A stretch of 64,000 nucleotides of DNA from Cyanophora paradoxa CCMP329. Lineage: Eukaryota; Plantae; Glaucophyta. Position 1 is the first letter of the stretch, and every line of letters begins with the position of its first letter. Below, piece after piece: positions 1 through 12,154 of this stretch. The notes under the pieces were generated by a model. The model saw only the letters and a program-made list of their open reading frames with translations. It was not told where the DNA came from and searched no databases. The translations under genes were made by a program, and so were the position numbers. Location of the stretch: the NCBI GenBank assembly GCA_004431415.1, contig QPMI01000241.1, forward strand, positions 62,001 through 126,000, in the 5' to 3' direction.

Positions 1-3000
1 CGCTGGCGGACCCGGCCGCGGGCGGCCACGGGGTCGCCTCGGCACCAGGCGCAAGCGGGGGCGCGAGGCTGCGTGGCAAACGGGAGGAGGGCGGGGCGTG
101 GGGGAAGGGGGGCCGGGGCCTCCGATTCAGCCGGGACCTGCTGGCGGGGGCGGACGCGACGCGGGCGCTCAACCTGCGCGAGCTCGCGTCGCCATCCAAG
201 CAGCAGTACACCCTCGTCTTCCCCATGGTGCAGTCCGCGACAGGAGCCGCACGTGGGCTCTCGCCGACGGGGCGGGGGCGGGGCGGGGCGGGCAGGTGGC
301 CTTCTCGGACAACAACGATCGCGAGTTCCTGGCGAACGTCGTGCTCCTCAAGTGGCGCGAGGCCCGCGACCTCGAGTCCGACGTCATCAAGGCGCCCGCC
401 CCGCCAAGCTGAAGGGCGCCTCCCCCGGCCCCGCTGATGGCGCCGGCCGCGGCGGGCGGGCGGCAGGTGCGGATCGCGGCGAACGTGTGGAACGTGGCGA
501 ACGACCGCCTCTCCCGCCCCTCCATCAAGCGCACCGCCGACAGGACGTACACCGGCCACACGGTCCGCTCCCGCGCGCCCTTGCCGGCCGCCTCCGAGTT
601 CCTTAGCGAGGGCCCGGGGCAGGAGAGCGTCCGGACGCCGCCCGTGAAGCGCTTCATTCCGATCGCGGAATACGTGCGCGCCGGCACCCATGCATATGGC
701 CAGCGCGCAGGCCCGAGCCCGCGCGCCCGTCTCCTCTGACGCCGACGCCGGCTGGCGATCGCGGGCAGGAGGTCGAGGCGGACCTCGACGGCTTCATGGA
801 CGCCGTCGTCGACTTCAGCGGTGCCGCCGCTTTTCGCATTAAAACATATCGGCCTCGTCGCCGCTTCTGTTGGCATCAGCGCCGCTTCTGACGTTTACAC
901 TATCTATAGCTATAGCTATAGCTATGATTTCGTTCGCTCCGCACCATTCTCGCCCCTTCTGAGCTTGAGTCGGGCGCAGGCAACGTCTTCCTGCGGACTG
1001 TGAGCTTTATCAGCGACGGGCAGGAGGTCACGCAGGCGTTCACGAAGGACCGCTTCTACGTGAACCTGCCCAACGGCACCTGGACCAAGTACGACGCCGC
1101 CGTCACGCCCGGTGCGCCTGGATTCGCAGAGTCGTGGAACCCGAGGTCGACGTCGTCTGAGTGCAAAACTTTGCGCCTCAGGCAAGACGCTCACGGCGCT
1201 TTCGTTCCAGAACAGTGCGTGGTTTCTAACGTCAACGTCGATGCTTTCGCGAGTTGCACTCGGCGTGCACGTGATTGCGCCCTGCAGACGATCTCCGGCT
1301 CGTCAGCCAGATCGAGGACTGGACGTCCTTCCCCGGCACCAACTTCCTCGCGCCCGGGGCGGAGGAGTGGCGCCCCAAAGACGACCGAGACCTCAAGGGC
1401 ATCCAGGTGCGTGCGCAGTGCATCAGACCTAGACCGACTGCGTAGAGCTTGCTCAGTACGGAAGCTTGCAAACTCAAGTTGCATTATTGATCATGATATC
1501 GATGCATATATATGGGCGAGCAGGTGCTGCTGAGCTCGTCCACGTGCCGGATCAACGACGGGCCGGAGGCCATCTTCGCCTGGCCCCGCAACTCCAAGGA
1601 CCACTTCAACTTCATCTACCTCGTGCGCGCACGCCCCGCGCCCCTCGCCACGGTGGGAAAGTAGGGCGACCCGCGCCGCGGCCGCAGTACGCGTACGATG
1701 CGAAGGACGCAACGACGCCCCTCAAGCTGTGGGCGCGCTTCAACGTGGAGGCCGTCATGAACGAGCTGCGTGCCCAGAAAGGCTCGGATTGGGGCTACAA
1801 CAACGAGCGCATGGTGGCGCGCGGCGACTGCTCCGCACTCTTCATCGTCAAGAACGACAAGATCAAGGTGCGCGCAGTTCGCGGACTTAGATGTACTAGC
1901 TGCAATCCAATCCGATGATCGTTCCATCCCAAGCGCTCTGACACGCAAGCGATGCGCGTTCTGCAGGTCGGGGGAGATGAGCAGGGCAACTCGGACACGG
2001 AGGGGAACATCGCCATTTTTTCGATTGCCGTCAACCCGCCGTTGCAGTTGACCTCCAGCACAATCAACCTCGCTGCCACGGCTTTTAACCGGGTCTGACC
2101 GCGAGATTTGTCCCGATTCCAGACGCGCGCCACCGTCGCTAACTCGTTTCGTGCGCCCCGCTCGCGATCGCGCGCAGCTCGCGAACATGACGCTGGCGAA
2201 ACCACCAATAGCGACTCTGAGCGGGGACCTGGAGGAAGACTACCCGCGCATCAAGGACCGGGGGGCCCTCCTCGTCGGCTTCGTTAAGGAGGAGAGGGGC
2301 GAGGTGAAGAACATTTACGAGGGCCAGGTGCCCGCGAGACCCGGGGCTCGCGTTTGGCTGTAGCACTGCACGAGCGTGTCATGATGGTGCCGCCCGAAAT
2401 TAGGTGGGAGGCCTGCAAGATATCGCCAAGGCCGGCTACGGCGCCGTCTTTGCGACCAAGATGCGGTCGCCCATCGGCTACGACCCGCTCTGCATCCGGT
2501 CCGCAAATCCGACGAGCCCGATCGAGAATTCGAAACCCCTGCGTTAACGCTACCGCTTTGACGACACTGCGTATGCCGCTGCGCAGGCACGCCCTCTTCT
2601 ACTCGACGCTCACCGTCCACGAGGTGCCCGCCGCCCGGCCCCGCGCGCAACGTCAACGCAGAGCCGGCTGTCGCGATCAGCGCCCGGCCGCGGCGGCCCC
2701 TCACTTCGAGCCGGCGTGCGCGCGCAGTCCGTTTACGATAAGTTCGGCCTGTCCGTCGCGAGCGTCTGGCCCATCGCGGAGCTTGACTGCTCCTACGGAA
2801 ACGACCTGAAAGGTGCGCGTGCGGCAGTGAAGTTAGAGACCCTGGAGCGGCGACCATAGCGGGAGAGTAATTCGGGCCCGGCCCGGTCCCAGGCCTATAG
2901 CTAGGTATCGGCCGAGGCTTAGAATTCGAATCGAGAGCCTAGGCTTGGAATCGGGCGCTCGGAAGGCGGCCTTGTGACCTGCGTCCCGCCGCTCGCAGCG

Positions 3001-6000
3001 TTCGGAGCGCAGGCGGGCGCCCTGTCCGTCCACCCCGAGGGGCCCTTCGTCGCCGTCGGGACACAGAGCGGCGTGCTCAAGGTGCGCAGGCGCAGGCCAT
3101 CACTTTGCGCCAATTATCTAATTATATAATTGTATTCGCAATGTTAACCAGTAAGCTAAATAATAGCGTAGCCAAAGCGACTCACCCGTAATAAGCCTAC
3201 GCTCAGTTCCATGGTCATAATATAATTAATTTCCAAGCTCGCGAATTTCCGGTCCCGGCCTGGGGACGTCGAAAATGCGGCTGAAGCGATCCCGCGACCT
3301 TGGACAGGTCTACGACACGCGAAATGGCCTTTATGCGTCTCCACTGGCGCCCACGACGCTGAGCCTCTTTAACGGAGCAGTCCGCGCCGTCTCTTTCTCG
3401 AAATCGGTGCTGGGCCACTCAGAGTCGTGCATCGGAAACCGCCTCCTGACCGCGGCCTCCAGACCAACGAGAGTCCGACTTCGTACCTGGCCGCAGGCGA
3501 CGTCTTTGGGAACTTCGTTCTAATGAAGGTTAGACCGCGATAGGATATCGATTGTGCGATTTGATAGCTATAGGTGCCATCGCATCTATTTACGTATACT
3601 CTCCTTGGTCCAGACTGTGAGCGACGGGTTCAGCGAGCCGATCACCCGGCAGCCCTCTGTCTCCTACGACGGCAGTCTCGTGCCGCGCGCGCTGAACGTG
3701 TGGCGGCCTTCGTACCGCCTGCGCCCGGCGCGCGGCCTCTTCAGCCCCGTCGGCGCCGGCTGCGCCTTCATGCTGGTCGGCGACGCCACGCCGACGATGT
3801 GGGACGGCGGTTCGCCCCGCGACGTCCGCACCACCGTCTGGGTCCGACCCCCGGCCCACTCCCGAATAGAAGTCGAGATTGCTGGAGTCCGATGCGATAC
3901 CTGGTTTAGAATTTTCGAGCAATTGTTGAGATTCCTCTGAACGGCTGGACAGGTCTACCCCCTCGACAAGACCCGCACAATCCGCACCAATTTCGTCGAC
4001 CCGGTGCGCATTTGTCTACCCGATGAAGCACAGAAGGCTCTATATCTGATCTGCTCCACGCATGAACAGTGCCTGGATTGCAACACGGACAAGACAAAGA
4101 ATTCGAGATGTGAGCGTGGCCCTGCAGAGCGCCGTCTTTACTCAAGCTTACCGACCCCTTGCAATTGCGATCGCGCGCAGCGTACAGCTGGTCGATTGAC
4201 GGGCGTTTGCTCGGGCACCTCGACTTCAGTAACGTTATCGCGTGGAAGAACGCCAACAAGGCGTGCGCCTACCCCTACAAGTACCAGCAGGACTCGACCT
4301 GGTGCGCGCGAGAGCCCGGGGGGTGTCGCGCGAAAGACTTTCGGGCCCTCACGCGTCGCGGACGCGAAGGACGTGGGTGCGGCCGCTCGGGGCGCGGGAC
4401 CTCCTCACGCAGGAGCCGGCTGAGGCCGTCGCGTGGACAAAGGCGTCGGGCTCCGGCTACGTCGCCGCCGCCGGCGTCGTCTACCCCCTCACCTCGGCCG
4501 TGCGCGCGCGCCTGCGCCCTGCGCCAGGCATTGTCTCTCCTTAACTTGTGCAGGGGAACCCGGACGTGAGCAAGGCGACGGTGCTGGTGGACAACGAGAT
4601 CGAGGCGCCGGCGACGGGCGACTTCCTCTTCATGAGCAGCGCCGCCGCCTTCTCCGTGAACGGCACCCTCCTCGCCGGCTGCCACTCCTTCATCGAGAAG
4701 AGTGCGCGCCGCCCAGGCCCCGACATGCACATTTGAAGCGTCTCCCTGAGCGAGGCACGTCTTTGCGCGCGCAGACGAGGCGGGGACGGGCATGTGCAAG
4801 ATCAGCAAGCGCGGCGTCGACTGCAGCACGAAGATCATTTTGTATCTCGCCCAGCTCGTCGACGGCGCCTGGAAGATCGTGTGGAAGCGGCCAGCGATCG
4901 GCTTCAGCTCTTCGCGCTGCCGCCGCGCCCTCGTCTCCACTAACATCGACGCCGCCGACGCCGGCACCGCTTACGGGGCCGCCTACACGAGAAGCCTCAA
5001 CGGGCCGGCCTCGTCGGCAGCGACGACGCCGTTCCTCGCCTTCGACACGCGCTCGATGATTCTCTTCGCGCCCTTCGACCGCGCCACGCTCGAGCCCCTC
5101 GTCGACTCCAGCCCCGGGAACACGGCCTCCGTCGTCCGCGTGAGCCCGACGGCGGCGCGCGCGCCCGAGGGCGTGCCGGCCGACCCCGAAGACTACGTCG
5201 ACTACAGCGCCGCCAAGAACAACTCGAAGGTGCCGAGGGCGCAGCGATTTCGAGCTCGACGTTAATATTTGTGTGACACGTGCCCTGTCGGCGCGCGCAG
5301 CTGTACGACCCGCAGGGCCCGGCATTCACGGACATCTCCATCTACAACCCGCCCGGCACGAACGTGCTCTACATCACGGGCCGCAGCGTGCTGCGCGCCT
5401 ACAGCGTCAACGGCAGCACGATCAGCGCCGTGGCGTCCAAGGAGATGACCTTCTCGACCCCCTACGAGGTGACGGGCTCCGATCCCGCGTGCGTGTTCGC
5501 TAATGCCCGTCTGACTCGATCTCGCGGCAGCTCCGCGCCTCGAACAACGGGCGCTACCTGGTGGAGTGGTCCTCCTACACGGCGGTCAAGATCTTCGACC
5601 TGGGGCAGGACTCGCCGGCCTCGACGCCCATGCTGTACGAGTTCGGGGCCTTCTACAAGGGCACGAAGCGCTCCGCCGGCATCCCCGTCCTCCCCTTCAT
5701 CGATATCTCCGACGACGGCGAGCACATCGCCTTCGAGTACTACCCGCCCGAGTCGACGCGCATCGGACTCGCGGCCGACACCACGACGTTCCTGAACAGC
5801 GGCTACGAGCAGACGCTGAAAATGCGCATCGTCGACCTCAACGTGAAGCAGCTGCCCGCAAAGGCCTGCTCGCTCATATCCCGCGACGTCACCAACAGGG
5901 AGTGCGCGCGCCTGCCGCCGAAGGCTTCCATACGCGTTCGAGTTCGCGGCGCTCTGATCGGCGTCGAGCGGCAGGTACCAGCTCGTGTTCAACGAGAGCA

Positions 6001-6456
6001 AGCCCTACGCGCCCGGCCCTGCGACGCGTACCGCGTGCAGAGCTTCCTCGCGCTGACCGGCGACCCGTGCAAGGGCCGCGGCACGTTCAACGACGCCGAG
6101 GCGAGGTGCACGTGCACCTTGCCCTACGGCGGGCTCTATTGCGACGAGGAGCCCCAAGGTGCCCAGCGCTTTATAATTAAACTCCCTTGTTGTGCACCAA
6201 TAAGCAGATGCATCCCAATAATAACCATTGAGAATCCCTATAGCTAGCCCCAGCAAGTCGCGATACGTGTTGACGGTAAAACGGCCGGGCAGATGCGAAC
6301 AATTGCAAGAACGGGGGCAAGCCGGACGCCATCGACGGCGGCTGCTCCTGCAACGCTGGGCGGGCAGGCGGGCCGTTCTACTACGGCGCGGACTGCTCCA
6401 AGCAGTGCCCGAACGTCAATGAGGACTGCTCGTCGCGGATCATTGGACGCCTTTAA
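1..6456 (+). CDS. Large multi-exon protein (5'-partial) with WD40-like/beta-propeller segments and C-terminal EGF-like repeats; probably secreted or cell-surface
   Basis: More than 25 short exons join in frame across GT/GC-AG introns. WD40-like blades include GALSVHPEGPFVAVGTQSGVLK|VYD (~3015-3320) and SYLAAGDVFGNFVLMK. EGF-like motifs are CKGRGTFNDAEARCTCTLPYGGLYC (6068-6142) and CKNGGKPDAIDGGCSCNAGRAGGPFYYGADC (6304-6396). The 3' end is uncertain: there is a stop at 6454-6456, but a further YKCKC-containing exon near 6877 is possible. Confidence 0.7.
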
Positions 6457-6965
6457 CACATGATCATGATCATGATCATGATCAGCGCTAGCGCTGCCGC
6501 TTTTTTCGAAATAGACAGGTGAAGCATTTTAGGTGTATTGTAATGACAGCTTTTTGGGAAATCCTTTTGATGACAGCTGCAGCTTGGCTAGCCACAGATC
6601 AGTGGCTTATAGCTTACTATATATGTACGATTTTTTATCGGACCCGCGGCCGTCACTTGTTTCCATATGCGCATGCATGTACCATGCGTAGTCACTTTTT
6701 CTTTTTCGATCCAATAGGGGCCACCCAAATAAGGGCCACCCACCGGTATCCGGACCCCAGACGGCAATTTATATGCATATGCATGGTTCGGCAGGCCCTC
6801 ATGTTCAAGCCTAGCCTTCAAGCTATAGCAGCTAGAGCCTTCGATTCCTGCTCAATTTCGTGTCTTTGGCTCGTAGATATCGGTGCCTATAAGTGCAAGT
6901 GTGCGGATTCTTCGACAAGCCGCAGGCCTTTGATTCCTTGTTCTTCAATTCGTTTGATTTCAATA

Positions 6966-7037
6966 CTAGCAGACCGCGCCCGGCCCTGTGCAAGTGCGGC
7001 AAGTGCGGGCCGCGCGCGGAGGTGCAAGGGGGGGTAC
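6966..7037 (-). repeat. 3' terminus of the Helitron: subterminal inverted repeat, GC-rich hairpin and CTAG
   Basis: Minus strand reads GTACCCCCCCTTGCA-cct-CCGCGCGCGGCCC-(20-nt loop)-GGGCCGGGCGCGG-tctg-CTAG|T; 12 of 13 stem pairs are complementary. Confidence 0.85.
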
Positions 7038-7167
7038 GGGTGGAGAGTGCAGGGCACATGGATCACGTAAAATTAGAAATTGAGCTATAGAGTTATCTAG
7101 CATGAGCTTGTGCTTGAGTTGGATCTGGACTTCGTAGGAAGCACGCGCTTGCGATTGGGGGAAGCAT

Positions 7168-9648
7168 CTATCTTGAGGTTGTTATGCAGAGCAAGGACGA
7201 TGCTGACTCTGGACGGAAGAGAGTGTGAGGCATGTGGCAGGAACCAAGTGCAAATGGAATGGCAAACCGGTCTTGTGTGTTCGGACGCACTTGTACGAGA
7301 TGCTGGATAAGTTCACTCTGCAGATTTTTTGTCAAACGAGCTTTGCTGGTATTAAAGATAGAGAAAGCATGCACATGGAGGAGAACGAGATCGCCATGGC
7401 GTGGCGTGATTGAGATGCCCAGGTGAGGGAAGCAGATTGGATGTAGGTCGACGCTGGCTCGGCTAAGGGGGTCGATGAAGAGGATGGGGGTCAAGCAGGG
7501 ATCATGGTCAGTCTTGTCTACATGTACGCCAGATCGCCTGCAGAGAGAGCAAGATTGGGAAGAGAAGAGATGAGGAAAGATATTTGCAAAGCGTTTCGCA
7601 CTGACGAGGAGAGTTGATCCAGCACAGTCCAAAAAGACCTGCAGCTTGCAGTAAAGAGTTGGAAAATCGGGGAAGGAGGCTTGCTTGCAAGCACCGAAGT
7701 TGGCGGGGAGCGGAATGAGGCGCATGCAGCCGACAGTTGTAGCTCCCATTGAGTTATAGACTAAAGGAGAGAGGTGTTTTATCGCTGAGAGCATGTCTAT
7801 AATTGCAGGTGCTAGAAGCCTGCATACTGTCTGGATGCGGATGTCGGCCTTAGCTTTGTGTACTGCGCCCGCCAGGTACCCTGGGTGGACGAGCACGGGG
7901 GTTGTAGTGTATTTCCTCCAACAACCAAAGTCGGTGGATACTCCATGCGGATCTGTTGACTCGGGAGCATTCAGAATGTCTGGAGAGATAGAAGGACAGG
8001 GGTCCTCCAGAGCTGATGCACAAGCAGCCTTCAATCTAGATTCCTGAGCAGGCATGAGAGGAGAAGGTGCAAGAAGGAGCCATTGTATAGCCGAACACGC
8101 AGGCACACCTCCGATTTGCTGATGGGTTTCGTGGGCTTGGCAGATTCAGGAGTTGGAGGTAGTCCCGCGAAGGCGCAAGCAACCGCCTTGTGAGCTTGCT
8201 CTCGCCCTTGGGGGTCGAGAAAGTTGGGCAGCCAGACAATGGCGGGACCACTGACATTAGGAGCCTGGATGAGAAAGTCGACGCCACGCCGCAAGCCCCC
8301 TCCTGGAGTTGTTAGGGAGTTGGCGTGAAGCTGTGCAATTTGTAGAGTTAGCTGTAAACTGATAGGAGGACACAGCTACAAAGCTTACAACAGAGGGCAT
8401 GGACTTGGCGAATGATCGGAAGTTGAGAGAGGTGAGTGTTGATTTGGGGAACTTGCCGTTGGAGGGACGTGGAAGTGGGTAGCACAGGTCGATAGGGGTG
8501 GAATGCACGGCGGCGCGAACAGAAGCTAGTGCCGCTGCCCGTCCAACCCATGCACCCTTCTCGTATTCGGAGGCAATGAGCAGGGTCAGGCCAGCAAAGT
8601 CGATGCCCCCAGCATATGTTAGAGCGGGCTGATAAGAGCCACAAGTCATTGCCGGTTTGAGTACTGGAGGTACCTAATGAGGTAGTGTGAGATTGAGATG
8701 GATGAATTCGAGACGAGATGCAAGTAGAAGCACATGCACCGACATCGGGATTCCATCGTAGAAGATGTGTGAAAGCACTGAAGAAGCCGAGCGGTTGGCG
8801 ATGCGCGAAGGGATAACCGAGACTCCGGACGCCTTCAGTATGTCATGCTCGAGGAGATGGTTGAAGAGCTGTGAAGGTTCTGAAGCATCATCAAGTCATG
8901 CAATTGCAATCAAGGCGTGGCAAGGATGCGACCGCCCGCCCTGCATGCGCAAACCTGTAGCACACGGAGCTGAAGGCGTAGGCGATGTCGGCGATGAGCT
9001 CGAGAGCTGGGAAAAGCGCCGCGCCAGGCCAAGCGCGTCGGTATCATGTACTTGAGGGGCATCGTCGATGTTGCAAGGCACAGCTGCGGTCCTAGGATCA
9101 GGGATGCCTATGAGCAGTGAGGCGCGCGCCCTTAAGCTTCCTGACCAGTGGCTGTAACTAGCGCGGATCGAGCAATGCGCACCGCTGTGATCAAGAGGAA
9201 GAGGCATCGATGTCTCTGGGCAGGGAATGCCGGCGCCAGCAGCGATAGCAGTGCCGGCAGCGACGGCATGCGCATGCGTAGCTGCAGTTCTGCCTGCGGC
9301 GGCATGTGCAGCTGGAGATCTAGAGCCGGCGGCGGCGGCGGCCGCGGGCGCATGTGCAGCTGCAGATCTAGAGACGGCTGCAGGTGCGTGCGCAGCTTGA
9401 GAGCCGGCTGCATCGGTTGTTGATCTGTTGGCTTGATAGCGATCGAAGCCGGCTCTAAGCGCTGCAAGGTGGGTGCGCTTTAGCTCTCGCATCACGGCTG
9501 CCTGTTTCGTCGCGGCCGCTGTCTTAGCTATAGGATGGCTGTGGCTGGACGCGCTGGCTTCTGGAGTGATAGTAGCTGCAGTTGAGTGCTCCTTTGGCTC
9601 GCGGGCAGGCGCACGAGGCGGCGGTCGAAGTTTCGATCGGTTGTCCAT
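7168..9648 (-). CDS. TET/JBP-like 2-oxoglutarate/Fe(II)-dependent dioxygenase encoded by the Helitron (6 exons, 719 aa)
   Basis: Exons 9648-8955, 8879-8740, 8673-8389, 8330-8109, 8043-7375 and 7317-7168 join via GT-AG introns into 2160 nt with no internal stop. C-terminal motifs: IVWLPNFLD, FGCWRKYTTTP, NIFPHLFSS...GVHVDKTD (HxD, 7516-7524), FPHLGISITPRHGDLVLL, distal His in ELIQHLV (7300-7302), and RFAIPF (Arg at 7267-7269 with an aromatic at +5). Confidence 0.78.
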
Positions 9649-10109
9649 CGATCTTCTATCGCGCGTCGCGCGCGTATTCGACTTGATGTCGGGGGCGCTG
9701 AGGAGTGCACAGTGCAGAGCAGGAGAAGCTCTTTTGGACGGATCCGATGGCTTCGTTAAGCGTCCGTGCTTTCCTGAGAAAACTAGGAGGAAAGTGTTCG
9801 CTCTTCAAATCTTGAAGGGAAATCTTTTGCAATGTAAGCTTTGCGTACGTGCGCATGCGCATAAGTAGCTAGCGCTAGCGCTATAGATGTGCATGCGCAT
9901 GTGGAAGAGTGGGCTCACGCTCGAGTGAGGCCAGAGCTTGGACAGGCTGATGGAAAGGGACAGAGCTAGGAAAGCTGTGAACAATGTAGTGTCATTGTAC
10001 ACAAAACCAAAACCTAACTAGTGCCAGCTACGGGGATCAGCACGCCCTAGCTAGCAATAGCACTAGCTACATAGCTAGCGCTGCAGCGTCCCCTCGAGGC
10101 GAGGACACT

Positions 10110-11580
10110 TCACTTGCGGGACTTCTTGGCCTCCGAAGATGAGGCGCTGGCTCCAGATGCGCGCTTGGAGCTGGATGCCTGCGGGGCTGCAGAGGCAGCC
10201 GGAGTCTGCGGGGCCGCAGCCGGGGCCTGCGGGGCCGCAGCAGCGGGCGGCGTGGCGGCGAGGGAGGTGGTCTTGTAGATCTCGAGTCTGATTGAAGAGC
10301 ATGAGGTTCAACAGTGACACACAAGGCCTAGCTATAGAGAGAAAAGCTCACCCGGCCTCGATGGCCTCAACGGCAGCTGGCGTGACGTCGCTGCCAACAT
10401 TGTAGGTGGTGCAGGGCCCGGTGGTGATGGTGATAGACCCGTTGTCCTGCTCGATGCGGACCCAGTCGAGGTAGAAGTCAGTCTTGATGTTGAAGTCCAG
10501 AGCTTCTTTTCCGTAGAGGTTCAGGGTCGCCATGCGGCTGAGGACAGGCAAAGATGTGTCAGAGTAAGCCGATGTTCTCAAAAAGGAAATTCGAATGCAC
10601 CCAGAAGTGTCGACGACCTGGAAGGAAGTGCGCTTGGCACCGCCCTTCGTGGGAGAATCCCACGATGTCTCGGACTTGGCAATCACGCGGCCAGCGACAG
10701 CTGTGTGTGGAAGTCAGCCAATAGGGACACAGAAGAAATAACAAAGCACGGGAGCACCGGCGATGATACGGCGCTTGCCGGTTTGCAGGAAGTCCTCCAG
10801 AGGTGTGAAAATATCAACCACCTCGAGGCCGACTTCCTCAGCCGTTTTCTGTACAGAAGTTATGCAATTAGCCTTTCGATTCGAAATTTGATTTGAAAAG
10901 GATCACCTCGGGATAGGGCATGAAGACAGTGTTCGTGATCCCCACAACCCTGTCCCCAATGGTGTACTTCAGGCCCTCGTAGTCATCGTACTCCTTGTCC
11001 GTGAGCTCCACAATATCTCCACAGAGCTTGACGGCGCAGTAGCCCTTTGCGTCCTGAGGTTTCGATTTTGAGCTCAGTACTGGAGTGTCAGGCCGGATTT
11101 CAAAGTAATACTTACAACAGCAGCGCGGGAGGCGTCGAGTTGCGGCTGGAGATGGTTGATCGTGTCCTGGCCCAGAATAGTGATGGTGGAAACAGGGCAG
11201 AAAGCCTCAGACGTCTGCGATTGAAAGACATGCATGAGCTGAAAGAGCCGAATTCGAAAGGCTTTTGCTTCGTTGAGGTGGGAGATTACCGTGCAAGAGA
11301 GGAGCATGATCTTGGCCCCAGCAGCAGAGTTCCGGAGCTTCACGAGCTCCCCATTGCGGACGATGAGAGCATAGCCATCCGCAAACTGGCCAGGACGGGC
11401 GAGATCCTTGGGTTCAGTAGGGGTGAGAGAAGCGCTGTTGCGAGAGCGTCTGCTCACGCATATGCTGAAGTCAGCAAGGCACAAGGCCTCGCAGCGGGCG
11501 CGCGTGCGCGCGCAGAGCACAGGATGGCTTGGCGTGGGCGCTTACCCAGAGACCTTCTTGGAGGAGTTGAACAAAGACAT
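10110..11580 (-). CDS. RPA70-like OB-fold single-stranded DNA-binding protein encoded by the Helitron (8 exons, about 335 aa)
   Basis: Spliced ORF from MSLFNSSKK to KKSRK* with GT-AG introns. The second domain FTPLEDFLQTGKRRIIAAVAGRVIAKSE...GGAKRTSFQVVDTSGRMATLNLYGKEALDF fits the RPA70 OB-fold pattern (D-x-SG...L-x-L-W/Y-G-x-x-A). An Ala/Pro-rich tail ends in a bipartite NLS-like KR...KKSRK. Confidence 0.75.
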
Positions 11581-11745
11581 GATGAGCGCAAGGCAAGAAA
11601 GCTACAGCTGTAGAGCGCTGGGCTGCGGCAAACGCCGAGGTCCTGGAGGAAAGTGTGGTCTGCTCCCATCGCTCGACGGGTTTTGAGGGTCCGTATAATG
11701 AGAATATGATTACAATCCATCGTTTGGTGATCATGGCGCTATCAT

Positions 11746-11920
11746 GGCGATCTGGGAATTCGAAACTGCGATCTGGGAATATGCGATCTGTAGCTGGATG
11801 ATCTGGGAATCTCCGATCTGGGAATAATAGCAGCTGACAGATCTTATCCGAAGGGGGGAGAATCTGCGAATCTGCAGCTGATCTGGAAATCTGCGATCTG
11901 CGAATTGGCTACCTGCGATC
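11746..11920. repeat. Cluster of short degenerate repeats (GCGATCTGGGAAT core) upstream of the RPA-like gene
   Basis: About ten GATCTG/AATCTG-containing units, e.g. gcgatctgggaatt, gcgatctgggaata, atgatctgggaatc, ccgatctgggaata. Confidence 0.7.
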
Positions 11921-12154
11921 TCCGTAGCAGGCAGGCAGTCTTGCTGGCGTGAATTTGTATACTGCATTCTCTCTGCATCTCTGGAACTGTGCTTGCAAAG
12001 CTGAAACGGTTGCACAGCTGCGTTTGTAGGGGTACACCAAGTAAAGTGGGGGATGAACTCAGGCGAAGCAGCTTTCAGTGTTTGCAGTGATCATGATTGC
12101 AGGCGACTGCAATTGAGCGCGGCGCATCGCAGAGCATCCTTATCGGTGATCGTT

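Noticed and set aside
6589-6608. Small hairpin AGCCAC-AGATCA-GTGGCT as the Helitron end
   Set aside because: The stem is weak and has no partner at the other end; the 6966-7037 structure matches the right end exactly.
6832-7090. Small Cys-rich ORFs (CKCGKCG; 6893-7090 and overlapping frames)
   Set aside because: They straddle the Helitron 3' junction, and the Cys pattern is just a translation of the hairpin loop repeat GCAAGTGCG.
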